Assembly (NCBI RefSeq): GCF_000195855.1
Contig: NC_002677.1
Coordinates: 3,210,001-3,242,000 of the forward strand
Source: Mycobacterium leprae TN
GTDB lineage: Bacteria > Actinomycetota > Actinomycetes > Mycobacteriales > Mycobacteriaceae
Length of the DNA: 32,000 bases
Reading direction: 5' to 3'
A program made the position numbers and the translations under genes. Shown here piece by piece: positions 1 through 11,590 of this stretch. How positions within the stretch are numbered: position 1 is the stretch's first letter; each line of letters opens with the position of its first letter. The notes beneath the pieces were generated by a model. That model did no database searches, was not told the origin of the DNA, and worked only from the letters and a program-made list of their open reading frames with translations.

Positions 1-646
1 CGCACAGCCCGACAGGACGGCAACTTCTGTCGAAGATACGTACCGGGCATCCCGCAACCAGCTTCCCCACGGTTTTCTGGACATGCCGTAGTTCGGCCGG
101 TGTAGACCTCGGTTGAGCCGTAGCCGTTGTCGAGGAGGTTGCCCGTAGTCATCCCACATACCGGCGTGCCAAGCTGGAATCGAGCCAGTTACCGCTGGAC
201 AATGCCACCTATAGGGACGGCACGGGGTTGCGGGTGCCCACCAGATCGGGGCAGTCCGAGGATGCGCACCAGGCATGATCGAAACCACACTTATAGCGGA
301 GGTCGAGTGTGGCTGAGGCGTCAAAACACCAGTGGGTCAACACCGTGCCGCCGGGGCGGACAACTTGTGGGAGACGGGCATCGAGTTCGGTATGTACAAC
401 AACAGTCGATATCACCGATCCTGTCCGATGCCGGTGAACTTTTCCCCATTTGATGGCAAATTCTGTGCACTACACGGTTTTCATTAAGGAGCTAGTGTCG
501 TGCTTCTGAAGTTCGTTTAATATTCGCCGAAATATAGCCTATTGCTATCACTACAGCCAGTCGCTGGTGTTGCCCACGACTCGTATTTCGATAGGAGAAC
601 TCGCACGTCAGTAACAGTGACACACAGGACGAAAAGTGGGGGGCCT

Positions 647-2887
647 TTAACTACCTTGAGCAGCCGCCAACGCAGCATTGAACACGGCACTCGGACGCAT
701 CACCGCCTTGGCCAGCTCAGCATCCGGTGCGTAGTAACCACCGATATCGACCGCCTTGCCTTGAGCCTCGTTGAGCTCGGCGACGATAGTGCATTCGTTC
801 TTGGCCAACGTTTCGGCCAGTGGGGTGAAGTAGTTCCGCAGATGTTGGTCATCGGTTTGCGTGGCAAGCTCTTGAGCCCAGTACATGGCGAGGTAGAACT
901 GGCTTCCACGGTTGTCGAGCTCACCGGCCTTGCGTGACGGACTCTTCCTGTTGTCCAGCAACTTTCCGGTTGCGACATCCAGCGTCTTAGCCAAGATTTT
1001 GGCCCTCTCATTGCCGGTCTTGATGCCCAGGTCTTCCAGGCTGACGGCCAGCGCGAGGAACTCACCCAGCGAGTCCCACCGCAGATGATTCTCTTCGACA
1101 AGCTGCTTGACGTGCTTGGGCGCCGATCCACCCGCCCCGGTTTCATACATCCCGCCACCGGCCATTAGCGGCACTATGGACAACATTTTGGCGCTGGTAC
1201 CTAACTCCAAGATCGGGAACAGATCGGTGAGGTAGTCCCGCAGGATGTTGCCAGTGGCGGCGATGGTATCTAGCCCGCGGATGAGGCGCTCGCACGTGTA
1301 ACGCATTGAGCGCACTTGCGACATGATCTGGATATCCAGGCCACTGGTGTCGTGGTCCTTCAGGTACGCCCGGACCTTTTTGATCAACTCATTCTCGTGT
1401 GGACGGTAAGGGTCCAACCAAAACAATACTGGCATGCCGGAGTTGCGCATACGGCTGACAGCCAGCTTGACCCAGTCGCGAATTGCTGCGTCGGTAACGA
1501 CGCATAGACGCCATATATCACCGGTTTCTACATTCTGGGTCAGCAGCACTTCGCCCGTCGTGAGGTCCACGATGTTGGCGACGCCGTCCTCGGGAATTTC
1601 GAATGTCTTGTCGTGCGAGCCGTACTCCTCAGCCTGTTGCGCCATGAGGCCAACGTTGGGGACGGTGCCCATAGTCGCCGGATCGAAAGCTCCGTTGGTC
1701 TTGCAGAAGTTGATGATTTCCTGGTAGATGCGGGAAAAGGTGGACTCGGGGTTCACGGCCTTGGTGTCCTTGGCCCGCCCGTCGGCGCCATACATCTTGC
1801 CTCCCGCACGGATCATCGCTGGCATCGACGCATCCACGATGACATCACTAGGCGAATAGAAGTTCGAAATTCCACGCGCTGAGTCGACCATAGCCAACTC
1901 GGGTCGGTGCTCGTGGCACGCATGTAGGTCTTGGATGATCTCATCGCGCTGCGATGCGGTCAGGGTCTCAATCTTGCTATAGAGATCGACTAACCCGTTG
2001 TTGACGTTTACGCCCAGTTCGTCGAACAGATCCTGGTGCTTGGCGAAGGCTTCCTTGTAAAAGGTTTTCACCGCGTGGCCGAAAACGATAGGATGAGACA
2101 CTTTCATCATCGTCGCTTTAACGTGCAGTGAGAACATCACGCCGGTCTTGCGAGCATCCTCCATCTGCTCCTCGTAGAATTCGCACAGGGCTTTCTTGCT
2201 CATGAACATGCTGTCGATGATGTCGCCGTCCCGTAGCGACACCTTGGGCTTGAGCACGACTATTTTGCCTTTCTTGGTTGCCAGCTCCATCTTCACGTCT
2301 CGCGCGCGGTCTAAAGTCATCGACTTCTCGCCGTGATAGAAGTCGCCGTGCCGCATGGTCGCGACGTGTGTGCGCGAAGCCATCGACCATTCGCCCATGC
2401 TGTGCGGGTTGTTACGTGCGTACTCCTTCACAGCCTTAGGTGCACGACGGTCGGAGTTACCTTCCCGCAAAACCGGGTTCACGGCGCTGCCAAGGCATTT
2501 ACCGTAGCGGTTACGGATGTCGATTTCCTGGTAGGACTTCGGATCTTGCGGATAGTCTGGAAGCTTGAATCCCTTGGCCTGCAACTCCTTGATGGCGGCC
2601 ATCAATTGCGGCACCGAAGCACTGATGTTCGGCAGCTTGATGATGTTGGTGTCCGGTAACTGTGTCAACCGGCCCAGTTCGGCAAGGTTGTTCGGCACAC
2701 GTTGCTCTTCGGTCAGGTAATCGGGAAACTCGGCCAGTATGCGTGCTGCCACGGAGATGTCGCTAGTCTGGACCTTAATACCCGCGGGCTTGGTAAAGGC
2801 ACGCACTATCGGTAGAAAGGCGTAGGTCGCTAACAGCGGCGCCTCGTCGGTCAGCGTGTAGATGATGGTCCACTGCTCGGCGCTCAT
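647..2887 (-). CDS. icd2: NADP-dependent isocitrate dehydrogenase, monomeric (~740 aa) type
   Basis: Uninterrupted 746-aa ORF. The N-terminus [28 protein letters not shown] and the overall length are typical of the monomeric IDH family (Mtb Icd2/Rv0066c type). GGGAGA Shine-Dalgarno lies 6 nt upstream of the ATG at 2887. Confidence 0.95.
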   Translation of the reverse strand: MSAEQWTIIYTLTDEAPLLATYAFLPIVRAFTKPAGIKVQTSDISVAARILAEFPDYLTEEQRVPNNLAELGRLTQLPDTNIIKLPNISASVPQLMAAIKELQAKGFKLPDYPQDPKSYQEIDIRNRYGKCLGSAVNPVLREGNSDRRAPKAVKEYARNNPHSMGEWSMASRTHVATMRHGDFYHGEKSMTLDRARDVKMELATKKGKIVVLKPKVSLRDGDIIDSMFMSKKALCEFYEEQMEDARKTGVMFSLHVKATMMKVSHPIVFGHAVKTFYKEAFAKHQDLFDELGVNVNNGLVDLYSKIETLTASQRDEIIQDLHACHEHRPELAMVDSARGISNFYSPSDVIVDASMPAMIRAGGKMYGADGRAKDTKAVNPESTFSRIYQEIINFCKTNGAFDPATMGTVPNVGLMAQQAEEYGSHDKTFEIPEDGVANIVDLTTGEVLLTQNVETGDIWRLCVVTDAAIRDWVKLAVSRMRNSGMPVLFWLDPYRPHENELIKKVRAYLKDHDTSGLDIQIMSQVRSMRYTCERLIRGLDTIAATGNILRDYLTDLFPILELGTSAKMLSIVPLMAGGGMYETGAGGSAPKHVKQLVEENHLRWDSLGEFLALAVSLEDLGIKTGNERAKILAKTLDVATGKLLDNRKSPSRKAGELDNRGSQFYLAMYWAQELATQTDDQHLRNYFTPLAETLAKNECTIVAELNEAQGKAVDIGGYYAPDAELAKAVMRPSAVFNAALAAAQGS

Positions 2888-3049
2888 GATTGTTCTCCCA
2901 GCGTAACTGTTGGTCAGATGTTGAGGGCTCTGCGTTATAACGGCGGCTATTTAGTATCGCGGCTCCAACATGCGTAGCAAGCGCGCGGCGGTGATGAATT
3001 TGGGTGGGCGCAGCCAGGACTCCAGTAAGCGTTCGGAGATAAGGTGACC

Positions 3050-3230
3050 ATTGATTGGTCCGCTGGCACCGGGGAGGGTTAGGCGCGCTGTCGTAGACAG
3101 ACGACGAGATACAGCTCATGCCCGAGGTCGACGGCCGAGCCGGGTAATAAGGGAAGGACAGATGGCAAAGATAAAGCGTTGACGGGACATGCCACCGGAT
3201 CAACCACACGGTGGGTGCATTACTCCCGCA
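3050..3230 (+). pseudogene. C-terminal fragment of an OmpR/PhoB-type response regulator (relic)
   Basis: Frame-hopping translation gives ...LGALS*TDDEIQLMPEV... and ...HRINHTVGALL.... These resemble the winged-helix end of OmpR-family regulators (xxIxLTxxEf ... IxTVRGvGY). It sits directly upstream of the kinase relic. Only about 350 nt lie between the icd2 start and the kinase relic, so the receiver domain must be deleted. Confidence 0.3.
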
Positions 3231-3239
3231 ACAAACTCG

Positions 3240-4618
3240 ATGATGGAGCTCTGCATACATATGTTCGGGATACGGCTGCCGATGCGTGTGCTGTCCACTG
3301 CGCACCATCATCATTGCGGGACAACTATCGGTGATTGCTCTCGTCTTCACCCTAGGCACTTGTGGTGTGCATTGACGTCACCAACTATCAATACAGTCAA
3401 CTCGACCGTCGCCTTGATTGAGTCAACAGCCTTGGCAATATAGACACACTGCTCAACAGAGTGCAACAGACCATACTTAATCGGCCCACATCGGAGAGTA
3501 ACCTAGTAACTAATACATGGTACATGCATTAGCGGAGTGACTGTATCAGTACCCGACGGATATCATCCTGCCTAAACTCACAGAAGGATATTCGAACACC
3601 GCCATCAACGGCGTGCAATACCGCGTCCGTACCTTCTCGGCGGGTCCGGCCTCAATTGCGTTAGCAGCACCGTTAGCCGAAGCGCAACATCGGATAAACG
3701 AACTGCATTCACGGGTGTTTTGATCTGTGCCAGTGTCATAGACGGAACAGGTCTAGTAGGTTGGGTGATCTCGTTCATCATGTTCAATCCTTCCCTCCTG
3801 CTAGCCCAGCAAGCTCGTGCCATCAATGTCCAGCGCGGTTCAGACGAAGTTCAGGTACGCAGCGTGCGTGGAAGCCATCGAGATCGCCGAGGCTAGTCTT
3901 AAGGGAGTACTGGACCGCATCGGAAACGAGCAAGAGCACACCAAGACAGTGCTAGAGGTGGCTCGTGACTTTGTCGACGTCGCCTCACACGAACTGCGCA
4001 CTCCGTTAACCTCGATGCGCACTAACTTGGGGGTGTTGGCCGTCCTGGAGTTAGTCTCCGAGCAGCGTGAGGAGGTAATAAATGACATCATTCGCACCCA
4101 AAACCGGATCTAAGCGACATTGACGACGCCTGAACGGCTGGCACAGGGTGAACCTGACCACCATCGACAATTTTGTCCCGTTCGATGTCATCGAGCTTTT
4201 GGATCGCGCCGCGCACAATGAGCTTGGCATCTAGCCGGGATAGTAAGTGCGGCTGGTGCCCTCGCCCATGATACTGATGGTGGGGTTGCCCACCGGGCTG
4301 CAGCTAATTATCGATAACGCCATCCCCAACGCGGTTAAGCACGATGGTGACACCGAAATCCAGCTCATCGTGAGCAGTTCCCGTGAAGGCGTAGAAATCG
4401 CCATCGACGGCAGCGGCGTGCTAGAAATCGAACGCGCCGCAGTCTTCAAGCGCTCTATCCGCGGATCAACAGCATCGTCTTCAGGACCCAGCTTAGGGCT
4501 GGCGCTGGTCATTCAGCAGGCCGAGTTGCACGGCAGGAACGCGTCTCTACACACCAAGCCGATAGATGGCACGGGACTTTTATCGAGACTGGCTGACAAC
4601 AGCCATAATACCACTTGA
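3240..4618 (+). pseudogene. sensor histidine kinase (PrrB/TcrY-like), multiple stops and frameshifts
   Basis: H-box ARDFVDVASHELRTPLTSMRTNLGVL has its His codon at 3988-3990. N-box is GLQLIIDNAIPNAVKHDG, G1-like box is IAIDGSGV, and G2 box is GPSLGLALVIQQAELHG. The upstream sensor-loop segment reads LPKLTEGYSNTAINGVQYRVRTFSAGPASIALAAPLAEAQHRINELHSRVF followed by TGA. There is an in-frame TAA at 4111-4113, a frameshift near 4150 (RLAQGE / LTTIDNFVPFDVIELLDRAAH), and three stops at about 4231-4245. Confidence 0.75.
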
Positions 4619-5103
4619 GTAGATGGTGTCGGTCATCGAAGCCAGGGAATCCGGCAAAATGTTATAATGTTATGTGGCTTTACGATGATTCACTACGGCG
4701 AAACCTGTTGAGTCAACAATCAAACAAGACGTGGGCCGCGTAAAACAGGAAGTTCAGCAGGACCAGAGCCAAGTCCACAAAGACGAGGCTGCGTAGCAGC
4801 GCTGAAACAGCTTAGCTCGTTACTGTAACTGACGAGTTAGTTGCCTTAGTTGATCACCCTGGCTTGAACAAGGTCGTCACGAACTGGTTATTCCAATTCA
4901 CTTAACGTAAATTTTTCTTGCTATGCAAGCTAAATATTTTGGTAGAGAATAAATTTCAGTAAATCTGGAATTCACTCTCCAAGCCGCGCGATGAAGCACT
5001 AGAAGTGCCACTCAAATAAGCCATCAGAATTAATCTAGTATACATTTCGAGGACTTACATCGACGTTCGTTCAATGTAAGGCTTTAAAATATATAGAAGA
5101 AAC

Positions 5104-5630
5104 ATGACCGACATGATGTACAGAAAAACTCACCGGCCTTGTTGTTATTGATCTGTACAACGATTTTATTTCCGAGGGCAGCAAGATATAGAATCGTCTG
5201 AAATAGTGTCGCTGAAACCAACCGGTACGCTCCACACACGGATAAATTTCTTACTGCCGCACACAAAGTCAATATAAATTTTTTTTCTACGCACGGCGCT
5301 GGCGAAATCACCTAACTACTACGCTACATAATAATATATTTATATTTAGCTAGTCTAAAGAGCTGCATGGTCACGTTGGACCTTCGAGTACAGAAACTGT
5401 GGCGAGTAGAGTCATTTCGAGTTTATACTTCAATCGGGTTAAATTATTTTCCAAGCATATCAGTGTTTCAGTAGTTTCACCAACACCAATTTCGATCTCC
5501 AGATCAAAAACACGGGATCCAGCAATTCATAATTGTGGGAATTATAGAGCAAAACTGTGTCTAAATAACCGTTCGCTACGACGCCAAAATCGGCTACAGA
5601 ATAACGGCGGTCAAGGACATTATCACATAG
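5104..5630 (+). pseudogene. isochorismatase-family (cysteine hydrolase) gene relic in AT-rich DNA
   Basis: At 5126-5188 the translation is KLTGLVVIDLYNDFISEGSKI*, the family N-terminal motif (ALLVIDxQNDF). At 5473-5516 it is SFTNTNFDLQIKNT. After a -1 shift, 5517-5627 reads IQQFIIVGIIEQNCV*ITVRYDAKIGYRITAVKDIIT*, matching the consensus sxFxxTxLDxxLrxxGIxxlIixGxxTxxCVxxTxRDAxxxGYxvxxvxDaxa, including the catalytic-Cys position. At least 2 frameshifts and 3 stops are present. Confidence 0.65.
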
Positions 5631-6242
5631 CTACTATGATATGTAGATATATACCGCTCTTGATGTCAATATCCGGAACTATTTCGCCGCTATTATCACC
5701 GGATAATTAAGTCATCTAGAAAATTTCTCAGCTAAAACTGTCGTAGTATTATAAAAGATTGAGCAGCGACACCTCACTGGCCCTGACCGCCAGAAAGAAG
5801 GATTCCGATCCTGGCAACGATTGCCAGCCGGTCCGCTGCAAAATGGATACGGGCACATCCACCAAGGACGCCGGGCCGATGCCAGTAACAACGGGGAGCT
5901 TCTAAAATACTAACAGACATACAGTCCACGCAGCTCGTCGTAGGCAATGCAACACAGCTCCCGACCGGGTATAAGACCGTCGATCAAGGAGTAGCTGTCA
6001 ACGATCAGATGCGCCCATTAACAGTTACAGTGGCCGCGATCACGATCCTTGGGGTCTTGCTGTGAGTCGCGGCGACGGTGATTATCGAATCAGTTGTCTA
6101 CTTCCCTGTTACTCGAACGGCGGCGTGAGTCTTCACCACCATTAAGGTGGTCGTGGTAACGCTACTTGCCACAGTGGTAAGCATTCTTACGCTGTTGGTG
6201 GCACCGTTGTTCCCGATGATTGTTTGTCACGATTCCTGCTAG

Positions 6243-7080
6243 CATTTTCGCGATGCTACCGGTATCACAGTGACGATCGGGCAGTTGGTCAGCGTCGCTG
6301 GACGGCAGTGTATAATCGCGTTCGATAGGGCATTCGCGGTCGGAAGTCCCTGAGCGATGGACAAGCTAAATAATCAGGAGCTCATCGTCGAAATACCTCC
6401 AGCAGTGGGTATGCCGTACAGCCAATCGGCGGCTTAAACTTCGATGTGGAGTCGCGGTCGCGGGTCAATCTCGCAGAGCAAATGAAGCACCGCCCAGGTG
6501 ACTTGAGCGGCGGTCAGCAACAGCGCTGCGTTACTGCTGATCGCCGCTCACACTGGATCCGGCCTAAGATCATTGTCGACGAACCAACCGCGTACCTCGA
6601 CTTCAACCAAATGGAGGAGGTGCTACAGCTCATCCGCTCACGCACGCAGAACGAACGGAGCCAACAGTGTAGTAATGATTACGACCCATGACAATCGAAT
6701 GTTGCCGTTGGCCTACCGGGTAATCGAGCTGGTATCCGCGGTTGCGTAAACGAATCGGCCATTCGAAACAATGCATATGAAGGCCGGTGCCGTGTTGCTC
6801 AAGCAGAGCACAATAGGCAAGCGTATCTACGTGGTATCTGAAGATAGATTCGAGATTATGTGCGAATTGGCCAACGGCGGTAAGGACTTTGTCAACATGA
6901 CTGGCCCTGAATAATACTTCAGCAAAATCGGCGTACTGTTTCACTTGCCACACTCGGCTACCGTGTTCGCCTGCACCGATACGACGGCCGTCAGCTACAC
7001 GATGCCCAGCTTTCCTTGAGCGGCTCGGCGTGACACAACTGACCGATGCCATCGAGGACCATGACACTATCAGCGACTGA
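6243..7080 (+). pseudogene. ABC-transporter ATP-binding protein fused to a C-terminal cyclic-nucleotide-binding domain (Rv0073-like architecture), relic
   Basis: ABC signature and Walker B read DLSGGQQQR...PKIIVDEPTAYLD (LSGG starts at 6503). The H-loop region in another frame reads VVMITTHDNRMLPLAYRVIELV. The Walker A region is degenerate (ITVTIGQLVSVAGRQCIIAF has no GxxGxGKS). At 6790-7010 the translation is GAVLLKQSTIGKRIYVVSEDRFEIMCELANGGKDFVNMTGPE*YFSKIGVLFHLPHSATVFACTDTTAVSY, a typical cNMP-binding beta-barrel (G..l..qGd.g...Yvv..G.v.v ... G.yFGE.all...pRsATv.A.t). Hydrophobic fragments at 5990-6240 may be remains of the cognate permease. Confidence 0.65.
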
Positions 7081-7719
7081 TAACCGCATAATTCTGAAGA
7101 TAATTAAAGGACCGTTCGTTTTTGTCAAAATTTGCAATTAAAATTCTCGATTTCCATGGCGGGTAGCTGGAAAGCAATTGAACCGCGACCATTACGACGC
7201 GCTATGCCGGCCAGGCATGTACATCAAGCACTGGCAATGTCAACGAACCAATCGTGGAACCGTTGACGGGTCGTCCATTTACCGCCCTGAATCAAGCGAT
7301 CTCACTCTGCAGACGCTGGATGGCACGTTCGACAAAGTTGGGAGACGAAGGCGGCATCGGACCCGAGATGCGGTGTCCAGAAGACGTTGAAGCACTGCAC
7401 GTCGTTACGAACTATACTGGCATGGAACATCAAAAACGGGATGGATAAAGGCGACATCTAAAGCTAACGGAAGTTAACTGAAGCCTTAGGGCAAAAAAGT
7501 GCAACTAGCTGGTGATAACAATTTGGTAACTAACCTCTAATTAATAGCTGTCTCGGTGCCCTCCAGCATCGGAAACGCCGCCTTGATCAAGGTCCGTCAG
7601 ATTGACGCTTCATTGGAAATGAAAGAGGCTCTCTCTTGTGCTGACAAGCGAGCTACATTGCGACGTTTTCCTCTAGCTCAAAGATAAAAAGTTAATAGGC
7701 TCACCGCCGACATCGTGGT

Positions 7720-8907
7720 GGCGTCCGGGTGCGGTCAAATCAAATTTGACTCTCCAGGGGGCAAAGAACAAGTCGCAAAATACAATCGGCTTCTCGAAAT
7801 CGCTCCGGTAACACCAGATCGGCTGTTGTGACTGCCAGCTACTCATTGTAGCTTGCCTACGGCCGCAACATACCTGCCGTAACGATGGCCACCGCTATTC
7901 ATACTGCCACGTAACCGAAAGCAGCACCGTTTCCAGCTTTGGCAACCACTGTCGCCACACTAGGTCACCTGTTACCTGGACCGCGCCGAGCACGTCGATG
8001 GCCCGATACCACGAAGTCGATTGGAATAAGATTAGAAACTACGGCTGACTGTGTCGGCCCAGCAAGCCCCGATACCCGCTTCGGCCAAGGCGAAACCCAG
8101 TGTTATCACGAACACACTATGCGGTATACTGGCTCGTAATCCATAAGAGATTCTACAGAGACGATGTACAGGACTGTACACGGTGCGAAATACCGCGCGC
8201 AGTTTTGTTTGGTCACGGCACCCCGCCGGTTAAGCCACCATCACAACTACGTTGCGTGCGTTACCTAAAGGATCAACAAGGTTGTCGCGAGATAGACGAA
8301 CTCGAAACACCGCAGCCGGCAACATACCGACGTGCCGCAATGCTTTGAATTCCAACCGCCGTGGTGCTGATTCGGATACGGCATCAACCCGCCTACAGGC
8401 CCTCACATGCCGATTACAACGATCGCCACCACTGCGGAAGAGATCAAGAATAGTGGCCAGATACAGCGCCGGTTGGAGGCCTAAACAGGCCACCAACCCA
8501 GTGGAGCACAACAGGCACATCACCGCGCCCAGGTGGTCGTCGGCTCATTTCAAGCCCGAATGCCCGGAACGTGGGCTCATTCCAGACTCAGCGGCGCCAA
8601 CAGTGCATCGCAGACCAACGAATGCACAACGACACGCAACCCCAGCCTGGGCCACACCGTTACTGCCCTACCGATAGCTCCTGCTGCCAGCACGGCGCTC
8701 AGAGAGCTACCCGACGGTATTAGTTCCCCGCTTATTTGCAGAGGGCCACCGAACAGTTTCATTGACTCTGTCGAATACACCGAGCGCCGCTGCCAACGTG
8801 CCCGATGTTCCGGTGAAAAACGTAGGCAGCACCAGCATTATTATCTCATAGCCGGTATCTGAGAAGGAGCCCGCCACCCCACGACACCAACACTGGGAGT
8901 GAGTCAT
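7720..8907 (-). pseudogene. MFS-type transporter relic
   Basis: Minus-strand fragments read MTHSQCWCRGVAGSFSDTGYEIIMLVLPTFFTGTSGTLAAALGVFD and LDLFRSGGDRCNRHVRACRRVDAVSESAPRRLEFKALRHVGMLPAAV. The latter resembles the MFS loop2-3/TM region GxGxRxPxRDAlladxvpxxxRGxAFGfxRamDtxGAv. Further hydrophobic fragments downstream are spread over three frames with many stops. The 3' boundary is a guess. Confidence 0.4.
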
Positions 8908-10699
8908 GTCTGTTTAGATTCGTCGAATTCCTTACGAGGCGCATTGGACTCAACGCTCATGGCCTGGACATGGCAGTGGCCGAGACTCATGCACAATCGA
9001 ACCGCAACACACCCAAAAAGGACCCTAGGAATTCACTAGCTATTAACTAAATCGCTCTGTCACCGCACTTCGTCACGACACAAATCTGTCGCATTAACAG
9101 CGGATGTCGCCGTCTATGAACACCGAATAAGCAAACAGGTACCTATACGGGAGTAATGGCCGGATATGCCCGAAGCGTTCGGCCCATGTCAAACTATCTT
9201 AGCCCGGAATTATTACATGTACGCCTAGCGTAACCTAGTACGCTACTGACCGAATTGCTGTCATTCGAGAGCTGCAGGGCCATTAAGAGGACGTTTACTG
9301 CGGTTGCTCTGAATCCCCATTCTCGCTGCCGCTCACCAGCTAGCCACAAAAATCACCACCCACTCTAGGGAGGCTGGTTCGAAATACAAAAAAACCGCGT
9401 TTCGTTAATCGACGTGTATTTTACTTTATTTGATGACTGCTAAGGATTTGGTCGTGATTATATAGCACTCCATCAGGTCAGGCAGATGGGTTCAACTCCT
9501 GCTTGATGTTTGCCGCCTTAGTCGTGTTCACACAGTAACACAGTCATTCCTGCGATGCTAAGCGCGGTTATAATCGTCGACTCAGTGTGCGAAAAATTCA
9601 CTACACAGCCATAAACCGCAGTGCGAATTTGCATCGGGACTAGTCGATCCAACCGCAACTCCACAAAACATGCAGCAACGTGGAAGACGTGGTTAAATCC
9701 GACCGCGAAGCGATCATTTTCGCATATCCCAGCACAAGTGGATACCGCTAAAAACATAGCTGATTTCTGTTGCCTTCTGATCCAGCCACCCCACGGCGAG
9801 ATGCGCCTGCAGCTGTGTGCAATTCTCAACGTGACACGGTATCCCATTGGCTTAGGCACGAGCCCAGCCACTGCACAATCTTTACCACGTCATTTCTTAC
9901 ATTACTGATTCACTAGCACAAAATTATGCGCACAACAAGCCGTAAACATCCGCGCTAAAATACATAGCGCAGCCAACATGGTTTGGGTATTTTTTTCTGC
10001 TGCCCTTAGTCGCTAATACTGACTAGGATAATAATCCCGTGTCTGACCCCAGAATTATACACAAAAAATCTCATGGTAAAACGCGCCAGCAACGCCGCAA
10101 AAAATTTCAGAGAAAATTTCTACCCCAATTACTAGGATATCGAATCGACAGTCCTCGACCCAAAGATACAGCCGAATACTCTCTTTCTCCGAAGATGGTT
10201 TCAATAGCGACAGCACAACGATTTTCAATCTATCTCCGCGCACTTGACACACACATGAATAACATCAACCCTGCCACCGTAAATGTGCTAGATACACCCA
10301 AGCATTCGGTTACAAATACAATCACCTCGAATACACGTGCAACAACTAACAAACACCCCCGGTGGTATCCGTTACAATCGCTGGATATTCTATAATTCCG
10401 TGCTACAATCTGATTTATGCACGTGGCAGCTCCAGCGAACTGCCCTACCCGTAACCGACTGACCAACTGTTATAATGCCGTAACGATGGCAGCAATGGCG
10501 TGGATGTATGCAATGATGGACAACCGTCTTCCGGGTCAGACCGGCGATCCCTAAAACACAACCACGCAATGTTGGGGGGCGCCGCCGTACAGCGCTAATT
10601 CGATTAAAATGGTAGGCACTCTCGCCGACGGCGGTGAGGATCTATAAGGATTCGAGGATGGTCGCGTCAATAAAGGACCGTCAAGCCAAAGCAGGCCGC

Positions 10700-11575
10700 G
10701 GCAAGGTCCAATGACACCAGCCGGGGCCTTGGCACCGCAGTACGACAATCCAAAGCGGTTCGACCGAGGATCCGGTTACAGAGCGGAAACCGACACGGAC
10801 AAAGACATTCCGTACGGCTAGCGTGAGACTAGGTGAGCACATCGATCATAGACAGCAAAATCGGCCAGCCGGTCCAGTCAATCCACTAGGGAGAACGTGC
10901 ACGTTCCCCCGATCAATTCAACACGAACGGCGGAGATGGTCGCAGCCAGTCGCTGGTCGGCGCCGAACGCAAAGAACTGGGCGTCGGCCGACCACGCGAT
11001 GAACATTGGTTTGTCGAGCTAAGGTAGTCGGGACGCAGCCCCGGTGGGTCACCCCGTGCGCATAGAGATATAGATAACGAAAATTGACGTAGGTCTCCGA
11101 CAATCGCGGAACCGGACAGCGCCGACCACATAACCGGAATGACAGTCCTTAACAACGTCTTCGACTTGGCCGACAAAAATAACCGATTTGAGGCTACTTG
11201 AGGACCATCGGCAGAACGTGTTCGAACGCATCGCCACTCGTGATAACAAGGGCACCCAACCACTCGGAGTAGTGCGTTATGTTACGACACCGTCGGTATC
11301 GTAGCTGATCAACAAAGAAATTCTCTAGGCCAAGGGCAGCAAAAGCACCAGCTACGATGCTGGCGACGCCAGTGATGGTTCGATCAGCGACAGGGCACAG
11401 CAGGTCAGCATGTGCACCCAGCGGCCAGGTAGGGACAATGCTCCGCAGGCCGAAGTTGCTAAGCCGTTCGACTGACCTGCCGCCACAGTTCATTGCCCAT
11501 CATGTAGTCGTGCACAAACAAGACAGGCCTGTCATTCTCCGACCCGGTTGCTTCATGTATGGATAGCTCCGGCAT
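10700..11575 (-). pseudogene. alpha/beta-fold hydrolase relic, divergent from the TetR gene
   Basis: From the ATG at 11575 the translation is MPELSIHEATGSENDRPVLFVHDYMMGNELWRQV. After a frameshift it continues VERLSNFGLRSIVPTWPLGAHADLL.PVADRTITGVASIVAGAFAALGLENFFV...EWLGALVITSGDAFEHVLP. This pattern (PVLfvHG...W..v...L...g.R.iaPt.PLGaH ... lgLe.v.lVG ... TscDaFe) is typical of an alpha/beta hydrolase. The nucleophile-elbow region is scrambled and several stops follow. The 3' end is approximate. Confidence 0.5.
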
Positions 11576-11590
11576 TAATGTCGATCGTCG

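Noticed and set aside
554-568. 15-nt exact repeats: cagccagtcgctggt (554-568 and 10943-10957) and tgccgtaacgatggc (7875-7889 and 10476-10490).
   Set aside because: One or two 15-mer coincidences are about what is expected by chance in a 32-kb window. The flanks do not extend the match, so there is no evidence for a dispersed repeat family.
1-646. Degenerate sequence downstream of icd2. The minus-strand fragment ...LPQVVRPGGTVLTHWCFDASATLDLRYKCGFDHAWC... vaguely recalled the C-terminal region of GH6 cellulases (Mtb celA1 lies near icd2).
   Set aside because: The resemblance rests on a few residues (VxPGG, DxSAxxxxxxxCG) and lacks the ESDG motif. I cannot support a family call without a search, so I leave it as unassigned probable relic.
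9376-9502. tRNA T-loop-like strings GGTTCGAAA (9376-9384) and GGGTTCAACTCC (9488-9499), considered as a tRNA gene or an att-site remnant of an integrated element next to AT-rich DNA.
   Set aside because: Flanking bases do not form a T-stem (at best 2 GC + 2 GU pairs). No complementary acceptor strand is present at the expected distance. A 9-11-mer of this kind is expected by chance in 64 kb of two-strand sequence.
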